Virus record (IMG/VR): IMGVR_UViG_3300045988_107814
Span: 32,001 to 96,000 of that record
Direction: 5' to 3' (one strand)
From: a virus
Length of the DNA stretch: 64,000 nucleotides
A model generated the notes under the pieces. It worked only from the letters and a program-made list of their open reading frames with translations. It did not search any database and was not told the DNA's origin. How positions within the stretch are numbered: position 1 is the first letter of the stretch; every line of letters starts with the position of its first letter. This document shows positions 26,593-36,150 of the stretch, in pieces. A program made the position numbers and the translations under genes.

Positions 26593-27315
26593 ATGAATAC
26601 ACCTAGTTTTATTAAAGTAAAAGATAATTCATATTTATTTGCAAATGAAGGTACGATGAAATTCTATATTCCAGAAAAATATTTCTCCAACAAGTTGGCT
26701 CAATTTGAAGGCGAATGTATTTCTCTATTTGGAATGTTTTCTTATGCTATTTTTGATAAGAATGACAAAGCTATTGGTAAATTACGAACCTTTAAATTTC
26801 CTATTTCATTTCTAACTAAGCCTGATGAAATAGAAATTGCAAAAGGTATTGTTCTTACTAGTAACAACAAACCATCTGATTATAGAATTCTTAAATATCA
26901 TAAAGACGGTGTAGTTGTTGTAAACTATAATATTGCTGAAGATGCTGAAAATATTCAACGTTGGTACTCTGCTATTGATACAGGTGCCTTGCCGAATAAC
27001 TTACCATATGATGAATTACAAAACTATTTTCTTAGAAATGTACAGTTGACTGGAAATAAGTATAGTGTTTCATTACAACTTATTGGAGTTGTAATTAGTG
27101 AACTTTGTCGTTCTAGAAAAGATATTAATTCACCTTTTAGAATGTCTGGATCTGATGATATGAATAATTATCAATGGATGTCCATTAAAGATATTCCAAA
27201 GGGTACTTCTCCATTCACTGCATTACAATCAGAAGAATGGGATAAAGCGGTTATTTCGTCTATCACATTGGATACTAACAAAGATAGTCCGTTAGAGAAA
27301 ATTATGATGGATTGA
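26593..27315 (+). CDS. hypothetical protein (upstream of sheath; possibly tail-associated)
   Basis: 240-aa ORF with AAGGAG upstream. Confidence 0.7.
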   Translation: MNTPSFIKVKDNSYLFANEGTMKFYIPEKYFSNKLAQFEGECISLFGMFSYAIFDKNDKAIGKLRTFKFPISFLTKPDEIEIAKGIVLTSNNKPSDYRILKYHKDGVVVVNYNIAEDAENIQRWYSAIDTGALPNNLPYDELQNYFLRNVQLTGNKYSVSLQLIGVVISELCRSRKDINSPFRMSGSDDMNNYQWMSIKDIPKGTSPFTALQSEEWDKAVISSITLDTNKDSPLEKIMMD

Positions 27316-27438
27316 TGTAGCTAAGTTTTAACATAATGATAAAAGGTCATGTAGCCCAGCTATAACCTTATAATCAAATAATATATAAGATTAACACACA
27401 CATTTTGAAAATTTATTCTATAAAAAGGAGGATAAAAC

Positions 27439-30400
27439 ATGAGTAGATATCCAGGCACTCAGTTTAAAGTGCATGATAATTCTCAGGCTACTGCAATTGT
27501 ACCGGTATCCAATACTAACATTGCTGATGCTGTACAATACTTAACATCCTTTGCGTCTGTTAAGGGTCCTGAAGGTATTACTCTTACCGCTGGTGAAGAT
27601 TTCTATACCAGATATGGTACTCAAGACAATATTGATTTCAAGAAATATGGACAGCCATTATTTCAGGCTTCTATGAACGTAAACAACGGAGCTGCTCTGT
27701 TGGCTAAGAGAGCTGTATTAGATGATGCAACTCTTGGTAACGCAACTCTTAGTGTTGTACTTACCAAATATAAAGATGGTATTATTACACCTGATACACA
27801 ATATTCTGATCTAATCGGTAAAATCGATTTTATTGAAAATGGACCTTCTAAGTATTCTATTGCTCCTATGGTATTTAGTATTGATAACAGTAATGGTTAC
27901 AAGTTTGCTAATACTTTAGTTAATGAATATAAAGAAAAATATGATTTATATAAGGAATTTATTGAAGATGTAATTGCAAATGATAATACACCTGATAATA
28001 AATTCTTAAATAAGTTATATCCTAATAGTGCTGAAGAAGGTAAAGACAATAGTACAGATACAATTCTGAGTGGTTTTACCCAGTCCATTTATTATACTGA
28101 AGATGGTAAACTTGTAGATGTAAATAAGTCTGGTAAAACTTCTGTACGTAAGGTAAGTTCAATCACTGTAGGTCCTTGTAATACTCAACAGAACACATAC
28201 TCTAGTAACTTTGATGCAAAATTAAGTATTATTGATAATGGTGAAGGAGTTGAGGGTACTGCTATTGACTCTAGTACAGACAAGCCTACTGGTTGGACTC
28301 TTTATAAGCTTGGTAAAAATACTGGAGATGATAGTGCTACTGTTAGATGTGCATTTAATAAAGATGCAACAGAAGTAACTTATAAAATTCCAGTATCTAA
28401 GGCTGTTCCAATTAGCAGAATTATTGTTGCTGACAATGAAGAAAAAGCTAAACCTGAATTAGCTGATATTGTTAAAAAGCATCCTGAATGGAATGATGTA
28501 AATACTTTTAATTTGGATACAGCAGAAGAATATGCAATTGTTATTGATAAATCTGTTGCTTCAGCAGATGTTGTTAACAAAGCTGGTTATACTTCTACAT
28601 CTCGTTTAATGAATGACTTAATGATCAAGAAGAGTAAATACATTATCTGTGAATATGTATTCCCAATGTTTACTATCTTTGATAATGGTCGTGGTGAATC
28701 TATTAAGTCTATTGCTATTGAATATGATGCTGCATCTTCTGTAACTCTGAAGAAAGCTCTATATACATTATCTGTATATAACTATGCTACAGCTAAGAGA
28801 TTAGAAAAGTTCAACTTCTCTCTGAATCCTTATGCTCGTAATAATAACACAGGTTATTCTTTCGATATCGAATCTTCTGTAAACTATAATTCTAAACAGA
28901 TTTCTGTTAAGGAATATTATGAGTCTTATGATGCATTACTTGAAACTTTACAGTTAATTTTGGGATCTAGAGATGATAAGGTTGTTGAGAACTATGATAT
29001 TCTGTTTGGTCATAACATGAATGGTTCTTATCCAGCATTTAATTCTTATCCTGTTTCTAATATCTTAAAGAGAAACACATATATTTATGACTATGCACAT
29101 CTTGATGTGTTTGACAATGACGTAATTACTGTTAATACATTCTGTGATAGTGATAATATGACTGAAGTAGGCAATGCAAATGTTAAGTATTATTACTATA
29201 ACTATATCAGACAACAGAAGGCATTACTTGAAAGACTTGAAATGGGTTCTGATGGTGATTGTTTAACTAGAACCAACGATACTGATCCTAATAATAATCT
29301 TAAGGTTCCGTTTATCGTAATTGATACAAGCGATAATACAAAGGCTAGTGGTGCTTATTCTACTGCTGATCTTGTTGAATTAACTGGTCAAAAGAATGGT
29401 TCCTTCATTTCTGATTCTTCTGAGCATGGTCTTACTTCTGTGCCAACTGTTCCTTCTAACTTCTGCAAGGTTAAGTTGACTGTTCGTAAGGCAACTATGT
29501 ATACTCCAAATGATCCTACTGATAAATCTGGAGCATCTACGGGAACAGAAGTATATATCTCTGATAATGAATTAACTAGAGCAAGAACAGATATTATTGT
29601 TACTACTAAGCCAACAACTGTTACTAAAACATGTTATGTACTTAGCAATGACGATGTAACATCTGTTGATGTGTATATTCCTCTGTCTACTGATTATATG
29701 TATCAGGAGCAATATAGACGTTTCTTCTCTGGTGAATTTGACAAGGATATCTTCAATCTTGATATTTACTTCCCTAATGCAGTATTCGATGCTAACTATG
29801 CTAATACTGTAAAACTTGCTATTCAAAGACTTGCTGCTTACAGAGGCGACTTTATGTGCTATATGGACATGGGCGTTGGTAAAGTAAATAGCTATGCAGA
29901 CTGCTTTGAACTAGTTCCTTCTACCGCTGGTGGTATTGAACTTACAGAGGCTGGCAATTCTTATAGCTATGTAAGAGATATGCATATTGCTGTTACATGC
30001 TTGTCTTATAAGATTCGTAACCCATATGATAACAAGGTAATTGCTGTAACTGCAACATATGGTTTATCTAATCTATATATCAACCATTTCGCTAATGATG
30101 CTAGTAAGGTATTCGCTGGTATTTCTAACGGTATCACTATTAATAATGCTATCAATGGTACTATTAATTATATCCCGAAGATCTATCCTACTAGTGAAAT
30201 GACTTCTCTAAATAACATTGGTGGTGTATATCCATCTGATGATGAAACTATCATTAATGAGAAACAGCTTATGTGTGATTTAAAAGTTAACTATGGCTGC
30301 TATTACGATGATAGATTCTCTATCGAAACTGAATATACTATGAACGCTACTGAATCTGAGTTCTCTTATTGGAACAACGTAGCACTTGTATGCTTAATGA

Positions 30401-30678
30401 TGCAGGCTATTAGAAAGGCTTGTCCGTCTGCAAGATATCAATTTATCACTGCTAACGACTTGTCTGTTTACAAGACTGCTGTTGAAGCTGCTATGGAACC
30501 TTGGAAGAACAAGTTTGCAAATATCAAGTTCAAGTATGTTCAAGATGAAGCTGCTATTGAAAACAAGATCTTCTATGCTGCTATTGAAGTTGTATTTAAG
30601 CCATTTGCTCAAGCTGAAATCTTCGAGTTAAGTGCACTTAACTACTCTACTTTATCTGGCAACATTACAAACGTCTAA
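27439..30678 (+). CDS. tail sheath protein (large, 1079 aa)
   Basis: N-terminus MSRYPGTQFKVHDNSQA...FASVKGPEG...GEDFYTRYG fits the sheath pattern PGVY..e.D.S...kGP...F...fG. There is a conserved-looking C-terminal domain and codon usage typical of a highly expressed gene. It is followed by a tube-sized gene. Confidence 0.65.
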   Translation: MSRYPGTQFKVHDNSQATAIVPVSNTNIADAVQYLTSFASVKGPEGITLTAGEDFYTRYGTQDNIDFKKYGQPLFQASMNVNNGAALLAKRAVLDDATLGNATLSVVLTKYKDGIITPDTQYSDLIGKIDFIENGPSKYSIAPMVFSIDNSNGYKFANTLVNEYKEKYDLYKEFIEDVIANDNTPDNKFLNKLYPNSAEEGKDNSTDTILSGFTQSIYYTEDGKLVDVNKSGKTSVRKVSSITVGPCNTQQNTYSSNFDAKLSIIDNGEGVEGTAIDSSTDKPTGWTLYKLGKNTGDDSATVRCAFNKDATEVTYKIPVSKAVPISRIIVADNEEKAKPELADIVKKHPEWNDVNTFNLDTAEEYAIVIDKSVASADVVNKAGYTSTSRLMNDLMIKKSKYIICEYVFPMFTIFDNGRGESIKSIAIEYDAASSVTLKKALYTLSVYNYATAKRLEKFNFSLNPYARNNNTGYSFDIESSVNYNSKQISVKEYYESYDALLETLQLILGSRDDKVVENYDILFGHNMNGSYPAFNSYPVSNILKRNTYIYDYAHLDVFDNDVITVNTFCDSDNMTEVGNANVKYYYYNYIRQQKALLERLEMGSDGDCLTRTNDTDPNNNLKVPFIVIDTSDNTKASGAYSTADLVELTGQKNGSFISDSSEHGLTSVPTVPSNFCKVKLTVRKATMYTPNDPTDKSGASTGTEVYISDNELTRARTDIIVTTKPTTVTKTCYVLSNDDVTSVDVYIPLSTDYMYQEQYRRFFSGEFDKDIFNLDIYFPNAVFDANYANTVKLAIQRLAAYRGDFMCYMDMGVGKVNSYADCFELVPSTAGGIELTEAGNSYSYVRDMHIAVTCLSYKIRNPYDNKVIAVTATYGLSNLYINHFANDASKVFAGISNGITINNAINGTINYIPKIYPTSEMTSLNNIGGVYPSDDETIINEKQLMCDLKVNYGCYYDDRFSIETEYTMNATESEFSYWNNVALVCLMMQAIRKACPSARYQFITANDLSVYKTAVEAAMEPWKNKFANIKFKYVQDEAAIENKIFYAAIEVVFKPFAQAEIFELSALNYSTLSGNITNV

Positions 30679-30697
30679 GGAAAGGAGGAAGTAATTA

Positions 30698-31819
30698 ATG
30701 GCAATCTCTAATACTGCTACTTCTGTAGCTACTAAAGGTGCATTTAAGGGATTAAAGACTCCTAGAGAACTTTTGAATTATAATCTTATGAGAGGCGTTA
30801 CTGACTTTAGTAACCTCAAACAATGGGATCTATATGAAAAGGGTTATCCATTCTTGGTTGTTGTTTCTATTCCTGACTTTTTAAAAGACTTATCTGCTAA
30901 GGATGATAATGTAAAGGTTATTATTAACAACTACGTTCATATCCTTGAGAATGACTTCCGTGGTATTGACAATATCGATAACATTACTGGTGAAGCAGCT
31001 GGTGAAATCACAAACGGTATCAGATCTATCCAGTTAATCAATAAGGTTACCAAGGCTTCTAACTCTAACTTCTCGTTACAGTACTATGAACGTTCTGGTT
31101 CTATCCTTACAAAGGCTCATGAGCTTTATTTAACTGGTATTAAGGATCCAGATACTCAGGTTAAGCATTATCACGGTCTAATCGATGACTGGGTATTCAA
31201 GGGTGAAGATGGCCCTAACCATAGTGGTAGTGATCCTGGTCCTCACAGAGAATGCTTTACATTTATGTATTTCTTAACTGATAATACAATGACTAAGATC
31301 GAACGTGCATTTTTAATTGCTGCTTGTCAACCTACAACTGCAAACTATTCTGATTTATATTCTGGTAACAAGGGTGATATCCAGTTTGCTGAAATTGCTC
31401 TATCGTTTAATGGATTCTTCATTAACAACGATTATGTATATCAGAAGGCTCAAGATATGTTACTAGCTATGCGTAATCCTACTAACAAAACTGATACTAG
31501 AATTATTGTCGATAGTAACAACTTCAGATACAATGCAATTGCTAATGCTGGTATTGATGCCAAAAAAGAAAATGATAAGTTTGCTACACCTGGTTATTGG
31601 AGTGAAGCAGCTGGTAACGCTTCTGCTAATCTTGAAAAAATGGATACCGTCATTACTAATCAATCCGCAGTATTCTCTGATACTACAGATGCACCTGGTG
31701 GAAATAATAAAAAAGGTGACACTAATGGTGATGTAGATATGTATAGAAACGTTGTAGCTTCTATGATTGATAAAGAACACTTAACTAACGACACTTATAA
31801 AACTAGTGGCGACAAGTAA
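30698..31819 (+). CDS. putative tail tube protein
   Basis: The call rests on position immediately after the sheath, a strong SD, and expression-type codon usage. No motif support. Confidence 0.4.
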   Translation: MAISNTATSVATKGAFKGLKTPRELLNYNLMRGVTDFSNLKQWDLYEKGYPFLVVVSIPDFLKDLSAKDDNVKVIINNYVHILENDFRGIDNIDNITGEAAGEITNGIRSIQLINKVTKASNSNFSLQYYERSGSILTKAHELYLTGIKDPDTQVKHYHGLIDDWVFKGEDGPNHSGSDPGPHRECFTFMYFLTDNTMTKIERAFLIAACQPTTANYSDLYSGNKGDIQFAEIALSFNGFFINNDYVYQKAQDMLLAMRNPTNKTDTRIIVDSNNFRYNAIANAGIDAKKENDKFATPGYWSEAAGNASANLEKMDTVITNQSAVFSDTTDAPGGNNKKGDTNGDVDMYRNVVASMIDKEHLTNDTYKTSGDK

Positions 31820-31830
31820 TTAAAAATAAT

Positions 31831-31868
31831 TCCCAGATGGATTAGATTCCATCTGGGATCTTTATTAT
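31831..31868. terminator. bidirectional terminator between convergent tube and portal genes
   Basis: 11-bp stem TCCCAGATGGA/TCCATCTGGGA flanked by A/T tracts. Confidence 0.7.
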
Positions 31869-34174
31869 TGTTCCTGATTATCATCATTTGTCGCCGCAGC
31901 AACATGTTGTTTTGCCTTATGTGCAATATCTTCAAGCTCTTGAATATTAAGATAAGATCCAAGATTATACTTATTAATTTCACGAATAACTTCATTTTTA
32001 ATTGGATCTTGTTCATCTGGATCAAGAATCAATTGTGCAACACTTTGAGAATATTCGTTTACATTAGTCATCATCTGGTTAGTATTTGTAATATTTAAGA
32101 ACATTGGTGGCGGTAATACTACAGATAACTGAATGTTATCATCAAACTCATTATTATAAATCTTATTAAATATACGAGTAAGATTCTTCTGATATTTACT
32201 TTGACGATTATATACTTTTCTTAAAAACTTACTAGAAGACATAGTTAACTGAGAAGAATAATCTACAGAATTACGCATCTGAATCATTTCCATAGGAACA
32301 TCTGTGCTATTAACAGCCATTTCTTCAAGAGATGTCATAAACTCAGTTTGCCATTCTACTTGTTGACCTTGCATAACTTCAAAATCAATAGGAGCCTGAC
32401 CACCTGGACTTCTAGGAATAATATAATCATTAAACATACCAGTTATATTCAAGATATGGTTAATATTCTCAATCTGTCTAATACCAAAGTTACCTTTCTT
32501 AATCTGATTGATAGTATTAAGTAATGTCTTTGAAATATTAGTATCTACGGTTTGATTTACATAATATACACGTTTATCTTGTGCTCTTGTCATGTTCCAA
32601 ATAGAATGCGTAATATACATAGCACAGTACAATGTTGCTGGGAACATTGCTTTATCTAGATCAGAAATACCTCTATGAGTATCTTTGTTCATATTAAAAT
32701 ATACATGTTCCATATCATCGGGTGGAATAAATGTAACTCTAACCTTATTCATATGAGAACTGTTATTATCATAATTATATTTAAGAACTGTATAAATTTC
32801 ATTTCTTAAATCTTGATTGGCGTTAATAAACTTAGCATCAATAAAATTAGAAATCTGATTAGCAAGAAATCTAATAATAGTATTCTGCTTATTAGATTGA
32901 TCTAGCATACTATTTGTAGAAAGAATAGAATTAGATCCTTTTAAAGACATTGTAGGATCTTGCATCTTATCGTAATCACCTACTGGATTATAAGGACCAT
33001 CCACTTCAATATAATAATAACCAAAACAATACTCTTCAATATAGATAGGAATAACATGTTTACGTTCTAATACCTTTACAATAGTACCAGGTACATTAAT
33101 AAACTTATCATCCTTTGTCTTTCTCTTAGCAGTGTTCTTATCTACTAATCCATCTTGTCCTCTATCATCAAATCCTTCAAATGACAAATCATCTTTAATA
33201 GTCTTCTGAAATCTTCCCTTTACAACATCACGTATATTTTCAGCTGATTCAAGGATTGTTTCTTCAGAAAAATTTGCACCTTCATAATTCAATGACATTT
33301 CGTTCAATGATTGACAAGCTTTTTCAAATCTCATTGTATTTTCTACTACAGAGTTAATTACACCAGTATAACATTCCAATTCAATATTATCCAATCCAGT
33401 CTCTTTAAACATTTCTGGAGTAATATCTTTTGGCAATTCATCCATTTGAATATTACCTGATTCTGTTATAATAGTAGATTCTTTGATATCTAATTCAGCA
33501 CGAGTATTATTCTTTTGCTTTAATAATCTAGCTACTGCCTTCTTATATGGTACAACATAAACAAATGCTTCACCATACTTAGACGCTTGTTCATAAATCT
33601 CATCTGTTAAATCTTGGAACTTATAAGTTTCTTTAATAAACTTAATATGCTCATTATATGTTTCAGAATCATTTGTGATATTTGATGAAGTGATATTAAT
33701 ATAATCTTTAGAAAAATGGTCTGCTGATAGCACATTGTCTTTTCTAGTATCTAATGCCTCTTGCAATCTTGGCATGTATTTTAGAATAGTATCAATCTTG
33801 TTATCATAATCAAATACAGTAGTTGTATTATTGATAAATCCCATTAATCCAGCTTCTATAACTTGACTATCATTAATAAGAGATTCTAAACTTTTACCAG
33901 ATTCTTTATCACCAGGCTTTAAATTACTACCTTGCCGCTGCATTCTAGAATATAGAGTGCTCATAGTTCCTTTACCTGTATTATCCATATTAACAGAAAC
34001 TATGTTATCTATAGAAGAGTCAAGTTTAGATTTAATAGATTCAAGATCTTGTTTATTAGAAGGCTGTGAATAATATGTCTTACTATATAGATTATCTAAG
34101 TTATTTTGAATGGTATTGGAAAGTCTATTAATAATACCACTAGATGATTTTTTCTTATCATCTTTTTTAGCCAT
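31865..34174 (-). CDS. putative portal protein
   Basis: 769 aa. The block FNDYIIPRSPGGQAPIDFEVMQGQQVEWQTEFMTSLEEMAVNSTDVP resembles the T4 gp20-type portal core (ed.f.p...g.rg..i..l.gg.n...i.D..y...kl...l.vP). Comparison made by eye only. Confidence 0.5.
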   Translation of the reverse strand: MAKKDDKKKSSSGIINRLSNTIQNNLDNLYSKTYYSQPSNKQDLESIKSKLDSSIDNIVSVNMDNTGKGTMSTLYSRMQRQGSNLKPGDKESGKSLESLINDSQVIEAGLMGFINNTTTVFDYDNKIDTILKYMPRLQEALDTRKDNVLSADHFSKDYINITSSNITNDSETYNEHIKFIKETYKFQDLTDEIYEQASKYGEAFVYVVPYKKAVARLLKQKNNTRAELDIKESTIITESGNIQMDELPKDITPEMFKETGLDNIELECYTGVINSVVENTMRFEKACQSLNEMSLNYEGANFSEETILESAENIRDVVKGRFQKTIKDDLSFEGFDDRGQDGLVDKNTAKRKTKDDKFINVPGTIVKVLERKHVIPIYIEEYCFGYYYIEVDGPYNPVGDYDKMQDPTMSLKGSNSILSTNSMLDQSNKQNTIIRFLANQISNFIDAKFINANQDLRNEIYTVLKYNYDNNSSHMNKVRVTFIPPDDMEHVYFNMNKDTHRGISDLDKAMFPATLYCAMYITHSIWNMTRAQDKRVYYVNQTVDTNISKTLLNTINQIKKGNFGIRQIENINHILNITGMFNDYIIPRSPGGQAPIDFEVMQGQQVEWQTEFMTSLEEMAVNSTDVPMEMIQMRNSVDYSSQLTMSSSKFLRKVYNRQSKYQKNLTRIFNKIYNNEFDDNIQLSVVLPPPMFLNITNTNQMMTNVNEYSQSVAQLILDPDEQDPIKNEVIREINKYNLGSYLNIQELEDIAHKAKQHVAAATNDDNQEQ

Positions 34175-34195
34175 ATGACTACCTCCTTTTATAAT

Positions 34196-34209
34196 ATTAA
34201 TAGATTGTT
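34196..34209 (-). promoter_or_regulatory. AACA-N6-TAAT candidate phage promoter
   Basis: Minus strand reads AACAATCTATTAAT, 22 nt before the portal ATG at 34174. Confidence 0.4.
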
Positions 34210-34254
34210 GATTTGATTAGTTTTTGTCATTTTGAAATAATTAATCAATTTAGT

Positions 34255-34405
34255 TATATATAATTATAGTGAATAGAAGATAGATTATAGGCTATTATTA
34301 TAAAAGCTATTCGGTCTGGATGCTCGGAGACCTTAAACTGAGCAATGGATGTATAAACTTTGGGGTTAATTTACTATGATCCCACGACGTTAAAGGGAGG
34401 CCAAT
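34255..34405 (+). promoter_or_regulatory. conserved class-II promoter/leader, copy A
   Basis: Shares TATATA.ATTATAGTGAATAGRAGA, GTATAAA(A)CTT and TATGATCCCA(C)GACRTTAAAGGGAG with the minus-strand copy at 56935..57085. Contains the hairpin GGTCT..AGACC. Confidence 0.55.
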
Positions 34406-34927
34406 ATGGTAAAAGACTTTAACACGAACAAGCAATTCAAGCTGACTGAAAGGGAAAATAAAAATCCTAATCAGTCAATATGCTGGAATTGTCAAAACGC
34501 AGTTCCATCTGCAACAACTGGTTGTTGCTGGTCAAGGAACTTTATGCCTGTTAAGGGATGGGAAGCTAAACCCAACCTTGATATGAGATCCTTTAGGATT
34601 AAAAAATGCCCGCTTTTCAAAGAAGAAACTCCTGAAAGTAGGCAAGGAAATTTATGCAAGTATGATTCTGCTTGCATAAAACTAGCGGAGCATATCATTA
34701 AAAGTGAAATATCTCATTATAGAGAAATCTTGAGACAGTATTCACAAGCTCCACTCTACAGTAAGGATAGTCAGAAAGTTGCTGGAGAACTTCATTGCAT
34801 AGAAAGATATTTGTGTAGTGAAGTCTATGCAAACCTTACTATGAGATTGGTAGACCTTAAAGACTTCTGCAATCAACTCAGAAGAGAATATGGGATCGAA
34901 CCGATGGACGAATATTTCGTTTATTGA
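34406..34927 (+). CDS. Cys-rich hypothetical protein (cassette A, gene 1)
   Basis: 173 aa with CWNCQNAVPSATTGCCWS...KKCPLF. Visibly higher GC than its neighbours (about 37% against about 23% in 120-nt hand counts), with different codon choice. Confidence 0.75.
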   Translation: MVKDFNTNKQFKLTERENKNPNQSICWNCQNAVPSATTGCCWSRNFMPVKGWEAKPNLDMRSFRIKKCPLFKEETPESRQGNLCKYDSACIKLAEHIIKSEISHYREILRQYSQAPLYSKDSQKVAGELHCIERYLCSEVYANLTMRLVDLKDFCNQLRREYGIEPMDEYFVY

Positions 34928-34983
34928 TTCAATATACATACGCAATCCACCACCCGACGATGTCCAAAAAGGAGGACTATAAA

Positions 34984-35448
34984 ATGAACAGTTATATCCA
35001 AAAAACCAATGGCGAAAAAACATGGGACAGATACGATTTTGTAAAGTTCCTGGATGGAGATTCTGTAATAACGGAACTCAATAATACAATGGCTGATGCT
35101 ATTTTTCAGTCAATTGTAAACCAGACATTGATTTCTGGTACAGATATCACCGAATCCACACTCAATAGATTCGGTGATATGTATGAAAAGATGATGATTA
35201 GCAAGGTCAACATTTATTGCCTTGATTGTGGCAAGGTTTCAAACGAAGAAGTTCTTTACTTCACAGTAAGTGTGACTGGCTATAAAAGATATTTGAACCT
35301 GAAAAGGCTCTTTACAATCGTTACCGAAAATAATATTACCATCGGTGATATGAAGGAAATGGAGGATAATGATAACAAATTTGTTATCCTCTCTGTCGAT
35401 GAAAGATGGGTATTTGAATGTGAAAGAGAACCGCTAAGAAGAAGATAA
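34984..35448 (+). CDS. hypothetical protein (cassette A, gene 2)
   Basis: Trimmed to the ATG at 34984 (MNSYIQK), preceded by AAAGGAGG. Contains a CLDCG motif. Confidence 0.7.
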   Translation: MNSYIQKTNGEKTWDRYDFVKFLDGDSVITELNNTMADAIFQSIVNQTLISGTDITESTLNRFGDMYEKMMISKVNIYCLDCGKVSNEEVLYFTVSVTGYKRYLNLKRLFTIVTENNITIGDMKEMEDNDNKFVILSVDERWVFECEREPLRRR

Positions 35449-35485
35449 ATTCTTCTAATGACTGATTTATAAGAGACATAAAATA

Positions 35486-35520
35486 AGAAACGTGCTATTG
35501 CCAAGCACGTTTCTTTTTTA
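35486..35520. terminator. bidirectional terminator closing cassette A
   Basis: 11-bp stem AGAAACGTGCT/AGCACGTTTCT followed by TTTTTATT. Confidence 0.7.
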
Positions 35521-36150
35521 TTATAAATCCAGAAAATTCATAAATGTTTGTATGTCAAGATTATCCTTATGAGATATAAACTCAACGATGAAATTATAGT
35601 TATTATTAAGATTATATATTCTAGCATCTAAATCCGTCTTTTTAGTGCCAGGTAACATACTCGGAGTTAAATATATAACCTTATTCTTTAATATATATCT
35701 AGAAGCTCCATCTGCTGTCTTTCTTAATAAAACGTCATTATAAAATCTCTCATCATTATTTAACCCAGAAATATAATCTGTATCAACACAAGATCTAATA
35801 TAAGAACTCAATTCCTCAAGAGTACTAATTGATTTGTTAAAAGAAGTCACTGCATTATATCTTGTAATAGAATCAAAATTTTCAAGAATTCCAATGTCTG
35901 TTTCGAATCCAACAGTTTTATCATATACAACATCTGTAGAATAAATCTTGTTAAAATATTTATCAGAAAGATTATTACACTTAGTCATTATAATATTTCC
36001 TGGATTAGTTACAAACAATATATTTCCAAATATATTGTGTCTAATGACATAAAAGTATTTATTTGTGTTTGTCTTAATCTTCATGCTTTTCAAATATGAT
36101 TTAAATATGGTAGAACTATTTTTGAGATCTTCTCCAAATATATTATCCAT
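35521..36150 (-). CDS. hypothetical protein, translationally coupled to the DNA polymerase N-part
   Basis: 209-aa ORF with a TAATG overlap with the stop of 36150..38192. Confidence 0.75.
   Translation of the reverse strand: MDNIFGEDLKNSSTIFKSYLKSMKIKTNTNKYFYVIRHNIFGNILFVTNPGNIIMTKCNNLSDKYFNKIYSTDVVYDKTVGFETDIGILENFDSITRYNAVTSFNKSISTLEELSSYIRSCVDTDYISGLNNDERFYNDVLLRKTADGASRYILKNKVIYLTPSMLPGTKKTDLDARIYNLNNNYNFIVEFISHKDNLDIQTFMNFLDL

Noticed and set aside
27316-27438. A possible tRNA or structured RNA in the 123-nt spacer before the sheath gene (TAGCT...AGCTA pairing).
   Set aside because: There is no cloverleaf, no T-loop GTTCRANYC and no acceptor pairing. Only short AT-rich stems are present. 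No tRNA-like sequence was seen in any intergenic region.
34300-34405. A riboswitch or conserved RNA fold in the class-II leaders.
   Set aside because: The hairpins in copy A (GGTCT/AGACC) and copy B (CTGGAG/CTCCAG, ACTTGC/GCAAGT, ATCATAAGTT/AACTTATGAT) are not homologous in sequence or position. Only the primary-sequence blocks are conserved, which favours protein or RNAP recognition over a shared RNA structure.
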